The position numbers and the translations under genes were made by a program. Positions 37,718-46,173 of a stretch of DNA of 64,000 nt are shown piece by piece (the stretch's first letter is position 1; every line of letters begins with the position of its first letter). The notes below the pieces were generated by a model. It saw only the letters and a list, made by a program, of their open reading frames with translations, searched no databases and was not told where the DNA came from. This DNA comes from an uncultured Acidobacteriota bacterium. GTDB taxonomy: Bacteria > Acidobacteriota > Thermoanaerobaculia > Multivoradales > UBA5704. The DNA lies in contig CAVYRF010000002.1 in NCBI GenBank assembly GCA_963770895.1, positions 1,856,001 through 1,920,000 of the forward strand. The letters are read 5' to 3'.

Positions 37718-40700
37718 AAGGGCGCTCGCGACGGTGGATCATCCTCGCGGCATTGACTAGCTCTTTCGCGGCTGTGCCAGCAAACGCGCAGCTCGACAAC
37801 ACCTGCATGGTGAGCGCTCTCAACCGCACAGCCCTGGTGGATGATAGCGGCACCTGGCTGCTTGCAAACGTCCCTGCCGACCTGGGACCCTTGCGCATTC
37901 GCGCCACCTGCGTAGCTCCCGATGGCACCGTGCGCTCTGGCGCCTCTGTGAGTCTCTACACGCTGTCGGCGAACGGTACCGTGAGCGTCAAGGACATCTT
38001 ATTTGCAAGTCCGCCGGCGGTGCCCGAGTCTCTTGGGCTCTCATCGCCAGTGAGCAGCTTCGCATCTCGGGGGCAGACGGCGCAGCTCACGGTGATCGCG
38101 AGCAATCCAGATGGCACCACAACCGATGTTTCTGCCGCAGGGCTCGGTACCGACTACCGAACGAGCAATCCGGCCATCGCCACCGTCGACTCCGACGGTG
38201 TGGTCACAGCGCTGGCCAGCGGCAACATCATCATCAGCGCTACCAACGAAGGGTCGCTGGCGGTCCTCCAGCTTCAGGTGGTCCTCTCCGGCAGCACGGT
38301 GGGAGACGGCATCCCGGACGACTGGAAAATCGCCCATGGCCTTAACCCCAATGATCCTCTGGTCGCCTACGAGGACCCCGACAACGACGGACTGACCAAT
38401 CTGGAGGAGTACCAGAACGGCACCGATCCGAACAATCCCGACACGGATGGCGACGGGCTGTCGGACGGCGACGAGGTGCACCTCTATCACACGAACCCGC
38501 TCCTATGGGACACGGACGGGGACGGGATCTCGGACGGGGTCGAGGTGCGGACAGGCAGCGATCCGCTCGACATGCACAGCTTCAACCTGGCGGCGGCGCT
38601 CTCTTCGATCACGGTCTCTCCGGCCGCGTTCACCTTGGTTTTCAATACGGTGAGCGGCCAGGCGTCGCGGCAGCTCGTCGCCACAGGCAACGTCGTCGAC
38701 GGCCGCACCATCGACCTCTTCAATCCGCTCTACCAGACCCAGGTCGCATCGAGCAACCTCGCGGTCGCGAGCTTCGGAGTGCAAGCAGGGCAGGTGTTCG
38801 CTGGGCAGAGCGGCACGGCGACGGTCACGGTGAGCAACGGCGGCTGGTCGGCCGCGTCCACCGTGACGGTGACGACGTTCTCGCCCACGGCCCTGGCTTT
38901 CCTGCCGCTTCCTGGATTTCAGAATGCGGTGGAGGCGGCAGGCGACTTCGTGTTCGTGGCCTCCGGCGGCTTCGGACTGTCGGTTGTGGATGTGACGAAC
39001 CTGCGAGCGCCGGTGCTCGTCGCTCAGGCGCCCACTCCGGGGAGTGCGAACGACGTGCGGGTTTCTGGCACGGTGGCGTATGTGGCCGAGGATGTCGGCC
39101 TGCAACTCATGGACGTGAGCGATCCGGCCCACCCGGCGCGGCTCGGCAGCCTGAGCCTCCCCGACGGCGACCAAGTGCGTCTGGCGGTAGCCGGCAACCT
39201 GGTCTACCTCGCCGACATGAACTTCGGCCTCCGCGTGGTGGATGTGACGAACCCCATGCAACCGGTCGAGGTCGGCTCGCTCGCGCTCGGAGGCACGCCG
39301 CGGTCGGTCGGTCTTGGCGGCACCGGGCTCGGCGGGTTCGCTCTCACCGGATCGTATGCGGTGGTCGCTTGCGGCGATGGGGGCGTGGCGGTGGTGGACG
39401 TGAGCGATCCGACGGCGCCGGCCCTCGTGGGCGCCACGCCGGACGATGCACCGCGCGCCGGCAGCGTCACGGTGCGCGGCCACTACGCCTACGTGGCCGC
39501 CGGCGAGGAGGCGGTCTACGGCGGCCTGCACGTCGTGGAGCTTGCCGACCCGACGAACCCCGTGGAAGTGGGGGCGAGCGAGGACGACCTCGGGGTGACC
39601 CGTGCGGTGCTCCAAGACGGGTTTGCCTTGGGCGCGCAGTTCTTTCTCGCCGCGCAGGTGGCGATCTTCGATGTTAGCGCCGTGCCTCCGGCCTATACGG
39701 CCGTGCTCGACCTCACGACCTTGCCCGGCGGCGAGGCGGTCGTCGCGCCGCGTGCCAATGACATCGCGGTGCGCAACGGCGCGGTCTTCCTGGCGGCCAA
39801 CGGCGAGCAGCTCGGCGAGTTCGCGAGCTATGCGATCGAGCAGGGCGGTCTCTACACGGGCCTCTTCGAGCTGCCGAACGACGGTGACACGACTCCTCCG
39901 ACCGTGGCCCTCTCCGCGCCGACGGCCGGGTCCTCGGTGATGGAGCGGCTGCCCGTGACGGTGACCATGGCGGCACAGGATGAGGTCTCGGTCACCTCCG
40001 TCGGCATCCTGGTGAATGGCGCCCTGGTCGAAACCCTCTACAAGCCGCCGTACCAGGGGACCGTCCACGTGCCGGCCGGGCAGCCGACCATGACGCTTGG
40101 AGCGGTGGCGACAAACATCAGCGGCGTCCAGGCGACGACCACGGAGACGCTCACCGTCCAGCCGTATCCCTTGCCCGTCGCGACGCTCCTTGCGCCCGTG
40201 CCCGGCCAGGTTTTAATCGACGGCACGCCGCTCACGATCGCGGTTGCGGCGAGCGACGCCGTGGCGGTCACGCGGGTCGAGGTCTATGTGAACGGCGCTC
40301 TCGTCGGCACGGCCTTGACGCCGCCGTACCTCTTTCAGGTCACGCTGCCGCGCGGCTCGGCGACGCTCGCGGCGACGGCGTTCGCATACAACGCTCTGGG
40401 GCCGGGCGCGATGTCGGCGCCGGTCGCGGTGACGGTCCAGCCGGACGTGCCGCCCACGGTTGCGATCTTCTCGCCGGCCGACGGCGCGCAGGTGACCGAG
40501 GGAAGCGTGGTCTCGATCGTCGCAGGCGCGAGCGACCTGACCGGAATCGCAAGCGTGCTCTTTGACCTCAACGGCGTCGAGTTCCAGGGCACCGCCACCG
40601 CACCCTACGTTGCCCAGGTCGTGGCGCCGCCGGCGGGCCAGACCATGGTGCTCGATGTCGTCGCGACCGATGCCGTGAACCTGGCGGCGCAGTCAGCACC

Positions 40701-41730
40701 GGCCACCATCACGAGCGTGGTCGATCCGGGAACGGCCGTGAGCGGCACGGTGCTCGATCCGACCGGCGCCCCGGTCTCGGGAGCGAGCATCGTCGTGGTC
40801 GCGGGCGCTTCCTCGGCGAACGCCACCTCCGCTGCGGACGGGTCGTTTACAGTGAGCGGCCTGCCGACCGGGAGCGGCACCTTCGAGGTGAGCGCGGTCG
40901 CCACGGTGGGCGGCTGCCAGGCGGAGGCCGATGCCGAAGTGCCGCCGCCCCCGCCGGGCCGCAATGAATCGCTCGGCAACCTGACGCTCGTCCGGCCTCC
41001 GGCACCGGAGCCCACGGCCGTGACCGGCGTCGTTGTCGGCGCCGACGGCCAGGGGCTCTCCGGCGTCACGGTGACGGTATCGAGCGTCGACCTGGCGGAC
41101 ACCGCCACCGTCCTGAGCGGTCCCGGCGGCGCCTTCCTGGTGCCGGCCTTCCCCGCGCGGGCCTGGACCCTCCAGGCCGAAGCGACGGCCGTGAGCGGCG
41201 GTGTTCTGCTCTCCGCCGCAAGCGGCCTGCATGGCCCGCACGCGGTCGCGGGCGGCACGACGGACCTTGGCACCCTGACCTTGAGCCCCTATCCCTTCAC
41301 CGGTCCCGATCCCTTGACGACGGTCACCGGCCAGGCCACGAACCTCGACGGCTCACCGGCCGCCGGCGCCCAGGTGGTGATCGACGTAGGTGACGGCCAG
41401 ATCGTCGCGATCTCCGCCTCCGACGGAAGCTTCGCCGTTTCCGGCGTGCCCACCCTGCAAGGCGCGCTGAAGATCACCGCCTCGCTCCACCTGCCGTGCA
41501 ACGTGCTCCTGGTTGCCGGCCCCATGACGGTGAGCGAGCTTGTGGCCGGCGGCCAGACCGCCGCGGGTCTCCCGCAGCTCGTGCCCGACCCAGGGCCGCC
41601 GCCGCCGATCATCTTCGCGATGGCGCCGGTCGAAGGGTGGCCCGGGGAGGGGGAGCGGTGCGTAGCCGCTCCGAGCGCCGCCGACGGATGGCTTGCGACG
41701 CTCACGAGCGCGGCGGAGTTCCTGCGTTGA
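37714..41730 (+). CDS. Large secreted protein: Big_2, Ca-binding DxDGDG repeats, LVIVD repeats, Ig-like and carboxypeptidase-regulatory-like domains
   Basis: Signal peptide; SNPAIATVD; DPDNDGL, DTDGDGL, DTDGDGI; repeated L.VVDVS/TNP; three P.V....P..G Ig units; three V.G.V...G.P..GA units. Confidence 0.9.
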   Translation: MKGRSRRWIILAALTSSFAAVPANAQLDNTCMVSALNRTALVDDSGTWLLANVPADLGPLRIRATCVAPDGTVRSGASVSLYTLSANGTVSVKDILFASPPAVPESLGLSSPVSSFASRGQTAQLTVIASNPDGTTTDVSAAGLGTDYRTSNPAIATVDSDGVVTALASGNIIISATNEGSLAVLQLQVVLSGSTVGDGIPDDWKIAHGLNPNDPLVAYEDPDNDGLTNLEEYQNGTDPNNPDTDGDGLSDGDEVHLYHTNPLLWDTDGDGISDGVEVRTGSDPLDMHSFNLAAALSSITVSPAAFTLVFNTVSGQASRQLVATGNVVDGRTIDLFNPLYQTQVASSNLAVASFGVQAGQVFAGQSGTATVTVSNGGWSAASTVTVTTFSPTALAFLPLPGFQNAVEAAGDFVFVASGGFGLSVVDVTNLRAPVLVAQAPTPGSANDVRVSGTVAYVAEDVGLQLMDVSDPAHPARLGSLSLPDGDQVRLAVAGNLVYLADMNFGLRVVDVTNPMQPVEVGSLALGGTPRSVGLGGTGLGGFALTGSYAVVACGDGGVAVVDVSDPTAPALVGATPDDAPRAGSVTVRGHYAYVAAGEEAVYGGLHVVELADPTNPVEVGASEDDLGVTRAVLQDGFALGAQFFLAAQVAIFDVSAVPPAYTAVLDLTTLPGGEAVVAPRANDIAVRNGAVFLAANGEQLGEFASYAIEQGGLYTGLFELPNDGDTTPPTVALSAPTAGSSVMERLPVTVTMAAQDEVSVTSVGILVNGALVETLYKPPYQGTVHVPAGQPTMTLGAVATNISGVQATTTETLTVQPYPLPVATLLAPVPGQVLIDGTPLTIAVAASDAVAVTRVEVYVNGALVGTALTPPYLFQVTLPRGSATLAATAFAYNALGPGAMSAPVAVTVQPDVPPTVAIFSPADGAQVTEGSVVSIVAGASDLTGIASVLFDLNGVEFQGTATAPYVAQVVAPPAGQTMVLDVVATDAVNLAAQSAPATITSVVDPGTAVSGTVLDPTGAPVSGASIVVVAGASSANATSAADGSFTVSGLPTGSGTFEVSAVATVGGCQAEADAEVPPPPPGRNESLGNLTLVRPPAPEPTAVTGVVVGADGQGLSGVTVTVSSVDLADTATVLSGPGGAFLVPAFPARAWTLQAEATAVSGGVLLSAASGLHGPHAVAGGTTDLGTLTLSPYPFTGPDPLTTVTGQATNLDGSPAAGAQVVIDVGDGQIVAISASDGSFAVSGVPTLQGALKITASLHLPCNVLLVAGPMTVSELVAGGQTAAGLPQLVPDPGPPPPIIFAMAPVEGWPGEGERCVAAPSAADGWLATLTSAAEFLR

Positions 41731-41765
41731 CCTCCGGGGATGGAGGGCCGCCGCCGAGCTTACCT

Positions 41766-43349
41766 ATGGGCATCAGCCGGCGGCGCTTGCTCGAAGGCAC
41801 CGCCGCGCTCACGGGCCTCATCGTGGCGCACGGGGCTGGTGCGAGCCCGGTCGATCGAGCGCCCGGCGGCGGCGCCAGGGAATCGGCGCGCGCCGCCGCA
41901 GCACGGCTCGAGGCGGAGCTGCCAGAGCCCACCCACGCCACAAACGGCGACGAAACCGCGCTGCCAGGCTGGATCGCCTGCTATTCCAAGGGACTGCCTC
42001 ACAATGCGGAAGGCGAGGTGGACCCAGCGGCCTATCGGCTGCTCCTGCGGGCGATCGCAAGCCGCGACCCGGCCGACTTCGAGTCCATCCCGCTCGGTGG
42101 CTTCGTGAAGCTCGCGAACCCCCAGGCCGCCCTGGCCGAGAACCTCATCGGCCCCGATCCGGGCCGCCTCGATCTCGTCCCTCCGCCGCGCTTTGCGAGC
42201 GCCGAGCAAGCATCCGAGCTCATCGAGCTTTACTGGCAGGCGCTCCTGCGCGACGTGGCCTTCGAGGACTACGAAACCCACCCCTTGGCTCAGCGGGCGG
42301 CGGCGGACCTGTCGCGCCTGGCCGATTTCAAGGGACCGCGGGCGGCGGGCGGCGCGGTCACGCCGCGCACGCTCTTCCGCGGCGCCGGTGCGGGTTCTTT
42401 GACCGGCCCCTACCTCTCGCAGTTCCTCTACCGCGACGTCTTCCTGCCACCGGTGTGGGTGAAGCAACAGGAGCGCACGGCCGCCGCCGGCATCGACTTC
42501 ATGACCCGGCACGACACGTGGCTCGATTGCCAGAACGGCGCCCTGACCGGGGTGAACCGCTTCGACCCGCACCCGCGCTTCGTCCGCAACGGCCGCGATC
42601 TCGGCGAATGGGTGCACCGCGACTTCACCTACCAGGCGGCGCTCGACGCCTGCCTGGTGCTCCAGAAGCTCGGCGCGCCCCCGAGCGGCGCCAACCCCTA
42701 CAAGCACTCGCGCACCCAGACCGGCTTTGCCACCTTCGGCGCGCCCTACCTCTTCTACCTGCTCGCCGTGGTCACGCAGGTGGCGCTCACCGCCTCCTGG
42801 TATCAGAAGTGGTGCGTGCACCGCAGGCTGCGCCCGGAGGAGTTCGCCGGCAGGGTGGAGATGGTCCGCGCCGGCCGCGCCGCCTACCCGATCGCGCCGG
42901 CGGTTTTGGACAGCGAAGCGCTGGCCGAAACGCTCCGGCGCCACGGCGCGGCGCTCCTGCCGCAGGCGTACCCGGAGGGCGCGCCCACGCACCCCTCCTA
43001 CCCGGCCGCGCATGCGGTGATCGCCGGCGCCGGCGTCACCGTGCTGAAGGCTCTCTTCGACGATTCGCACGAGTTGCCGAATTCCGTGGTCGCCGCCCCC
43101 GATGGCCTCAGCCTCACGCCCTACGCCGGGCCACCTCTTACCGTCGGCGGCGAGCTCGACAAGCTCGCCTGGAACGTTGGCATGGGACGCGATTTCGCCG
43201 GCATCCACTGGCGCTCCGACGTGGCGGCCGGGATCGAGTTTGGCGAACGGGCCGCGGTCGCGGTATTGCGTGAGATGAAGCTCACCGGACACGAGGTCTT
43301 CGCCGGGTTCACCCTGCGGCAATTCGACGGCCGGCGCGTGGCGATCTGA
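41766..43349 (+). CDS. Tat-exported vanadium-dependent haloperoxidase (PAP2 superfamily)
   Basis: MGISRRRLL twin-arginine signal; YSKGLPH, ELYWQAL.RDV, WYQKW.VHRRLRPE, PTHPSYPAAHA, GRDFAGIHWRSD. Confidence 0.9.
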   Translation: MGISRRRLLEGTAALTGLIVAHGAGASPVDRAPGGGARESARAAAARLEAELPEPTHATNGDETALPGWIACYSKGLPHNAEGEVDPAAYRLLLRAIASRDPADFESIPLGGFVKLANPQAALAENLIGPDPGRLDLVPPPRFASAEQASELIELYWQALLRDVAFEDYETHPLAQRAAADLSRLADFKGPRAAGGAVTPRTLFRGAGAGSLTGPYLSQFLYRDVFLPPVWVKQQERTAAAGIDFMTRHDTWLDCQNGALTGVNRFDPHPRFVRNGRDLGEWVHRDFTYQAALDACLVLQKLGAPPSGANPYKHSRTQTGFATFGAPYLFYLLAVVTQVALTASWYQKWCVHRRLRPEEFAGRVEMVRAGRAAYPIAPAVLDSEALAETLRRHGAALLPQAYPEGAPTHPSYPAAHAVIAGAGVTVLKALFDDSHELPNSVVAAPDGLSLTPYAGPPLTVGGELDKLAWNVGMGRDFAGIHWRSDVAAGIEFGERAAVAVLREMKLTGHEVFAGFTLRQFDGRRVAI

Positions 43350-43414
43350 GAAGCCGCGACCCGGCAGCGCGCAAGGGTCGACGGCAAAATCGACGTCGGG
43401 GGTCCGGCGCTCGG

Positions 43415-43685
43415 TAGCGGTTCGCGGCCTCCACGGTGCGGCTGTCGCCGACAGCCAGCAGATCGGCGTAGGCGAGGACGGCCGGCATCACGCCGCGCTC
43501 CTCCCCGGCGTCGGCGAAGTGCCAGAGCTTCTTCAGCACCTCGACCTGGCCGTCCTCCGCTCCTTTGAGGCGCTGGTGGATCAGCAGCTTTGCCGGGACC
43601 GCATCCGCGTACAAGGTCAGCGTCCCCGGTTTCAGGAAGCCCGTCAGCCGCGCGCACGGCGGGCACATCGCCGAGCACCGCCGCT
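43415..43685 (-). pseudogene. Remnant of type IV TA AbiEi-family antitoxin (C-terminal part)
   Basis: ARLTGFLKPGTLTLY...RL....DGQVEVLKKLW...PAVLAYADLLAVGDSR..EAA; apparent frameshift just upstream (VLGDVPA in another frame); no N-terminus and no AbiEii toxin. Confidence 0.7.
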
Positions 43686-43911
43686 GCTGAAGTTGCCCCG
43701 ATCGCGACGCGCCTGACGGCGCGTGCGCAATCGGGCCGGGGGGGCGGACGAGGCGTCTTGCCACGCAAGAGGGTTTGCGGCGATGAGGGCGTAGGGAATC
43801 TGGCCGAACGGCCGCCGGGCGAAGGAGGCCGCCGTCGACGTGCTCATCGAGCGCTTGTTTGGCCCGCCGCCACCTGCTGATCCGGCTGCTGACTCGACGG
43901 CTGGATCGCAC

Positions 43912-45426
43912 TCAGGGTGCAGGGACCCCAAGATGGGGTGAGCGACCGAGGAGTCGCAGCGCTGCGCGCGCTTGCTCGACCGTGGCCGCCTCCTTACGGG
44001 CCGCGTCCAGGAAGAGCCGCAAGCTCACCAGGGTTTCGCGCTCGATCCCCGCAGCGGCTAGGACCCAGCTCATTTCCGCTGCCAAGCGGCGCACTTCGTT
44101 GAGGCGCCCTTCCTCCAGGTTGAGGATGGCCAGCTCAAGCGACACGATCGCCCTGGCAAGGCTATTCCGGTGCGCCGCAAGCTGGTTGCGCACCTCCTCG
44201 AAGGCAGCGCATGCTTCCTCGCGGCGTCCGCAGCCTGCAGCCACGCGTCCGCTCAGCCACCTGACGCGAACCAGATCGAGGTCGTTCCCGTGGTCGAGAG
44301 CCACCTGGTGGAGGCGAGACAGCTTGGCCTCGACCTCGGCATGTAGGCCCAGGTGGCACAGGTTGACGCAAAGGTTGAAGTCCAGCGACCAGGCAAGATG
44401 AGGCTCGCCGCCGTTCGCGATCAGCGGCGCAGCTTCGCGCAGGACCTCGACGGCGGCGGCCGCGTCTCCGGTCTGCTCCAGCATAACGGCGCGGCTAAGG
44501 AGGATCCGGCCTACCGCAATGGGCGGCGCCAACGTTGCGGCGCGGTCCAGCAGGTCGAAGGCCGCCTCGAACTGGCGCGCGTCGCGCCGCAGCGAGGCTT
44601 CCAGATCGAGCAGGCGCCACTCTTCGAGAAGACCGCTGCTTTCCTTCGCGCCCTCGCGCCACAACCGCCAGACGGCTGCAAACTCCGCCCCTGCTCCCGC
44701 AAGGTCGCCTGCCACGCGCCGCGCATTGCCGACAAACGCCCGCGCGTAGGCCAGCAGCCTTCGACGCCAATGCTCGTCAACCGGAGCGAGCTCTGCCACC
44801 AAAAGGGCGAGGTGGGCCAGGTCGAGGGCTGCCGCTGGCGTCTTCAGGGCTGCCCGCGCGCTCTCATCGCACAGCCGCTCTGCCAGCGCCCAGGTCTGGA
44901 ACTCGCTCCCCTGCTCGACCAGCCAGCGGCGCTCGGCGGCAGCGCAAGGGGCGAGCCTGTCCCAGGCGCGCGCCGCGTCCTCGCGGTCGCGTGGCGACGG
45001 CTCCTTGCGGTGCATCGCCGCGACCTGTGCAGCCTCTGCGGAGCCGGTGAGCGCCTCGAAGCGGGCAAAGGCCGTAGCGATGGCGCCGCGGACGGCGGCC
45101 TCCAGAGCTGGCTGGTCTTCCGGTTCAAGGTCATCGCCGGGTTGAAGGTGGTCCAGCGGCGGGCGGCCATCCGGCGCGGCGGTGGCTTTCTCGCGGGCGG
45201 CGCGCAGGATGGGCAGCAGTCGGCGCTCGACCCATGGGATGGGTAGGCCCACGGCAGCCGTGATCCGCTCCAGGGCGTCCGGGGTCAGGGTGTCGCCCGC
45301 CTCGTATCGTGACACCGAGTTCTGCGAAAGGCCGGCCGCCCTTGCAAGGTTTGTCTGATCCCAGCCGCGCAAGGCGCGCAGCACCTGCACCAGCAGCCGT
45401 CCTTCCTCGTCTCGATAGGGGGGCAT
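43912..45426 (-). CDS. XRE HTH - TPR-like regulator (paralog 1)
   Basis: GAGGAGG RBS before MPPY at 45426; HTH LRALRGWDQTNLARAAGLSQNSVSRYEAG; helical body with TWALAERLC and RLLDLEASLRRD. Confidence 0.9.
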   Translation of the reverse strand: MPPYRDEEGRLLVQVLRALRGWDQTNLARAAGLSQNSVSRYEAGDTLTPDALERITAAVGLPIPWVERRLLPILRAAREKATAAPDGRPPLDHLQPGDDLEPEDQPALEAAVRGAIATAFARFEALTGSAEAAQVAAMHRKEPSPRDREDAARAWDRLAPCAAAERRWLVEQGSEFQTWALAERLCDESARAALKTPAAALDLAHLALLVAELAPVDEHWRRRLLAYARAFVGNARRVAGDLAGAGAEFAAVWRLWREGAKESSGLLEEWRLLDLEASLRRDARQFEAAFDLLDRAATLAPPIAVGRILLSRAVMLEQTGDAAAAVEVLREAAPLIANGGEPHLAWSLDFNLCVNLCHLGLHAEVEAKLSRLHQVALDHGNDLDLVRVRWLSGRVAAGCGRREEACAAFEEVRNQLAAHRNSLARAIVSLELAILNLEEGRLNEVRRLAAEMSWVLAAAGIERETLVSLRLFLDAARKEAATVEQARAALRLLGRSPHLGVPAP

Positions 45427-45464
45427 GGCGTCGCCTCCTCGGCGGTATAGGGTCCTATTCACGG

Positions 45465-45491
45465 AAAAAGTGTATTTTTAACCTCTATCAT
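45465..45491. promoter_or_regulatory. Divergent promoter/operator between regulator and peptide gene
   Basis: AT-rich inverted repeat AAAAA-GTGTA-TTTTT (45465-45479), containing TACACT on the minus strand; TATCAT on plus at 45486. Confidence 0.4.
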
Positions 45492-45570
45492 CGACCGGGA
45501 TCGTCATGGAGCAGGCCCCGCTCGCGCCACTTCCGGCCGCGAGCGGCGGTGCCACAGGAAAGGACTTCTC

Positions 45571-45996
45571 ATGTGCTACAGGAACTCCCGTCGCATTCTC
45601 GCCTCCGCGGTCGTACTTGCCCTGGCTGTGTGGGCGGGCGCGCCCACCTTGCTGACAGCTGCCCCAGCTTCCGCCTTCGGCCTCCCGGCGGCCCAGAGCG
45701 CTCAAGGTCTCGACGTTCTGAACCAGGTGCGCCTCTGGCTGAGCACCAGATGGCCTTGGACGGGGTCCAGCGCCGATGGTGCTGCATCGCGACATGCCGC
45801 TAGCGTGAAGCCGCAGAATTCTTGCTCGTCTGACCCGAACGGCCAGCATTGCACCAATGCCGTCATCCCGCAGAACGCCTGCGCGTCGGATCCGAGCGGC
45901 CAGCATTGCACCAACGCCCTCATCCCGCAGAACTCCTGCGCGTCCGACCCGGACGGCCTGCAATGCAGCAATGCTGTCAGGCCACATCATTCTTGA
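45571..45996 (+). CDS. Secreted precursor with three 19-aa Cys-x2-DPxG-x2-Cys repeats
   Basis: AAAGGA RBS; signal peptide (RRILASAVVLALAVWAGA); Trp-rich amphipathic linker; repeats PQNSCSSDPNGQHCTNAVI, PQNACASDPSGQHCTNALI, PQNSCASDPDGLQCSNAVR. Confidence 0.85.
   Translation: MCYRNSRRILASAVVLALAVWAGAPTLLTAAPASAFGLPAAQSAQGLDVLNQVRLWLSTRWPWTGSSADGAASRHAASVKPQNSCSSDPNGQHCTNAVIPQNACASDPSGQHCTNALIPQNSCASDPDGLQCSNAVRPHHS
45811..45981 (+). repeat. 3 x 57-bp coding tandem repeat
   Basis: Units start at 45811, 45868 and 45925 (ccgcagaa...); many differences are synonymous. Confidence 0.9.
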
Positions 45997-46133
45997 GGCT
46001 CGGACCCGAGCGGCAGTCAGCGGTGCCCGGATTAGCTGAAGCAGCATGCGAGTGCGGCGCATAGGGTCTGACGCAGCGCCCTGACGGTGAACGCGTCCCT
46101 TGTGGCAGCCATCCTCGATTCCTCGCCGCACCA

Positions 46134-46158
46134 GCCGGAGCCCGGTTGCGGCTCCGGC
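46134..46158. terminator. GC hairpin between convergent genes
   Basis: gccggagc-9 nt-gctccggc, 15 bp past the stop of the 46174 gene; no U-tract. Confidence 0.3.
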
Positions 46159-46173
46159 GCCTCGGCTGGTCTC

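Noticed and set aside
41766-43349. VHPO as tailoring halogenase of the NRPS-PKS
   Set aside because: Tat-exported, on the opposite strand, 8 kb away and tied to a different operon; no supporting evidence.
45811-45981. 57-bp repeats as a CRISPR array
   Set aside because: No unique spacers, in-frame period, synonymous variation and no cas genes; it is a coding repeat.
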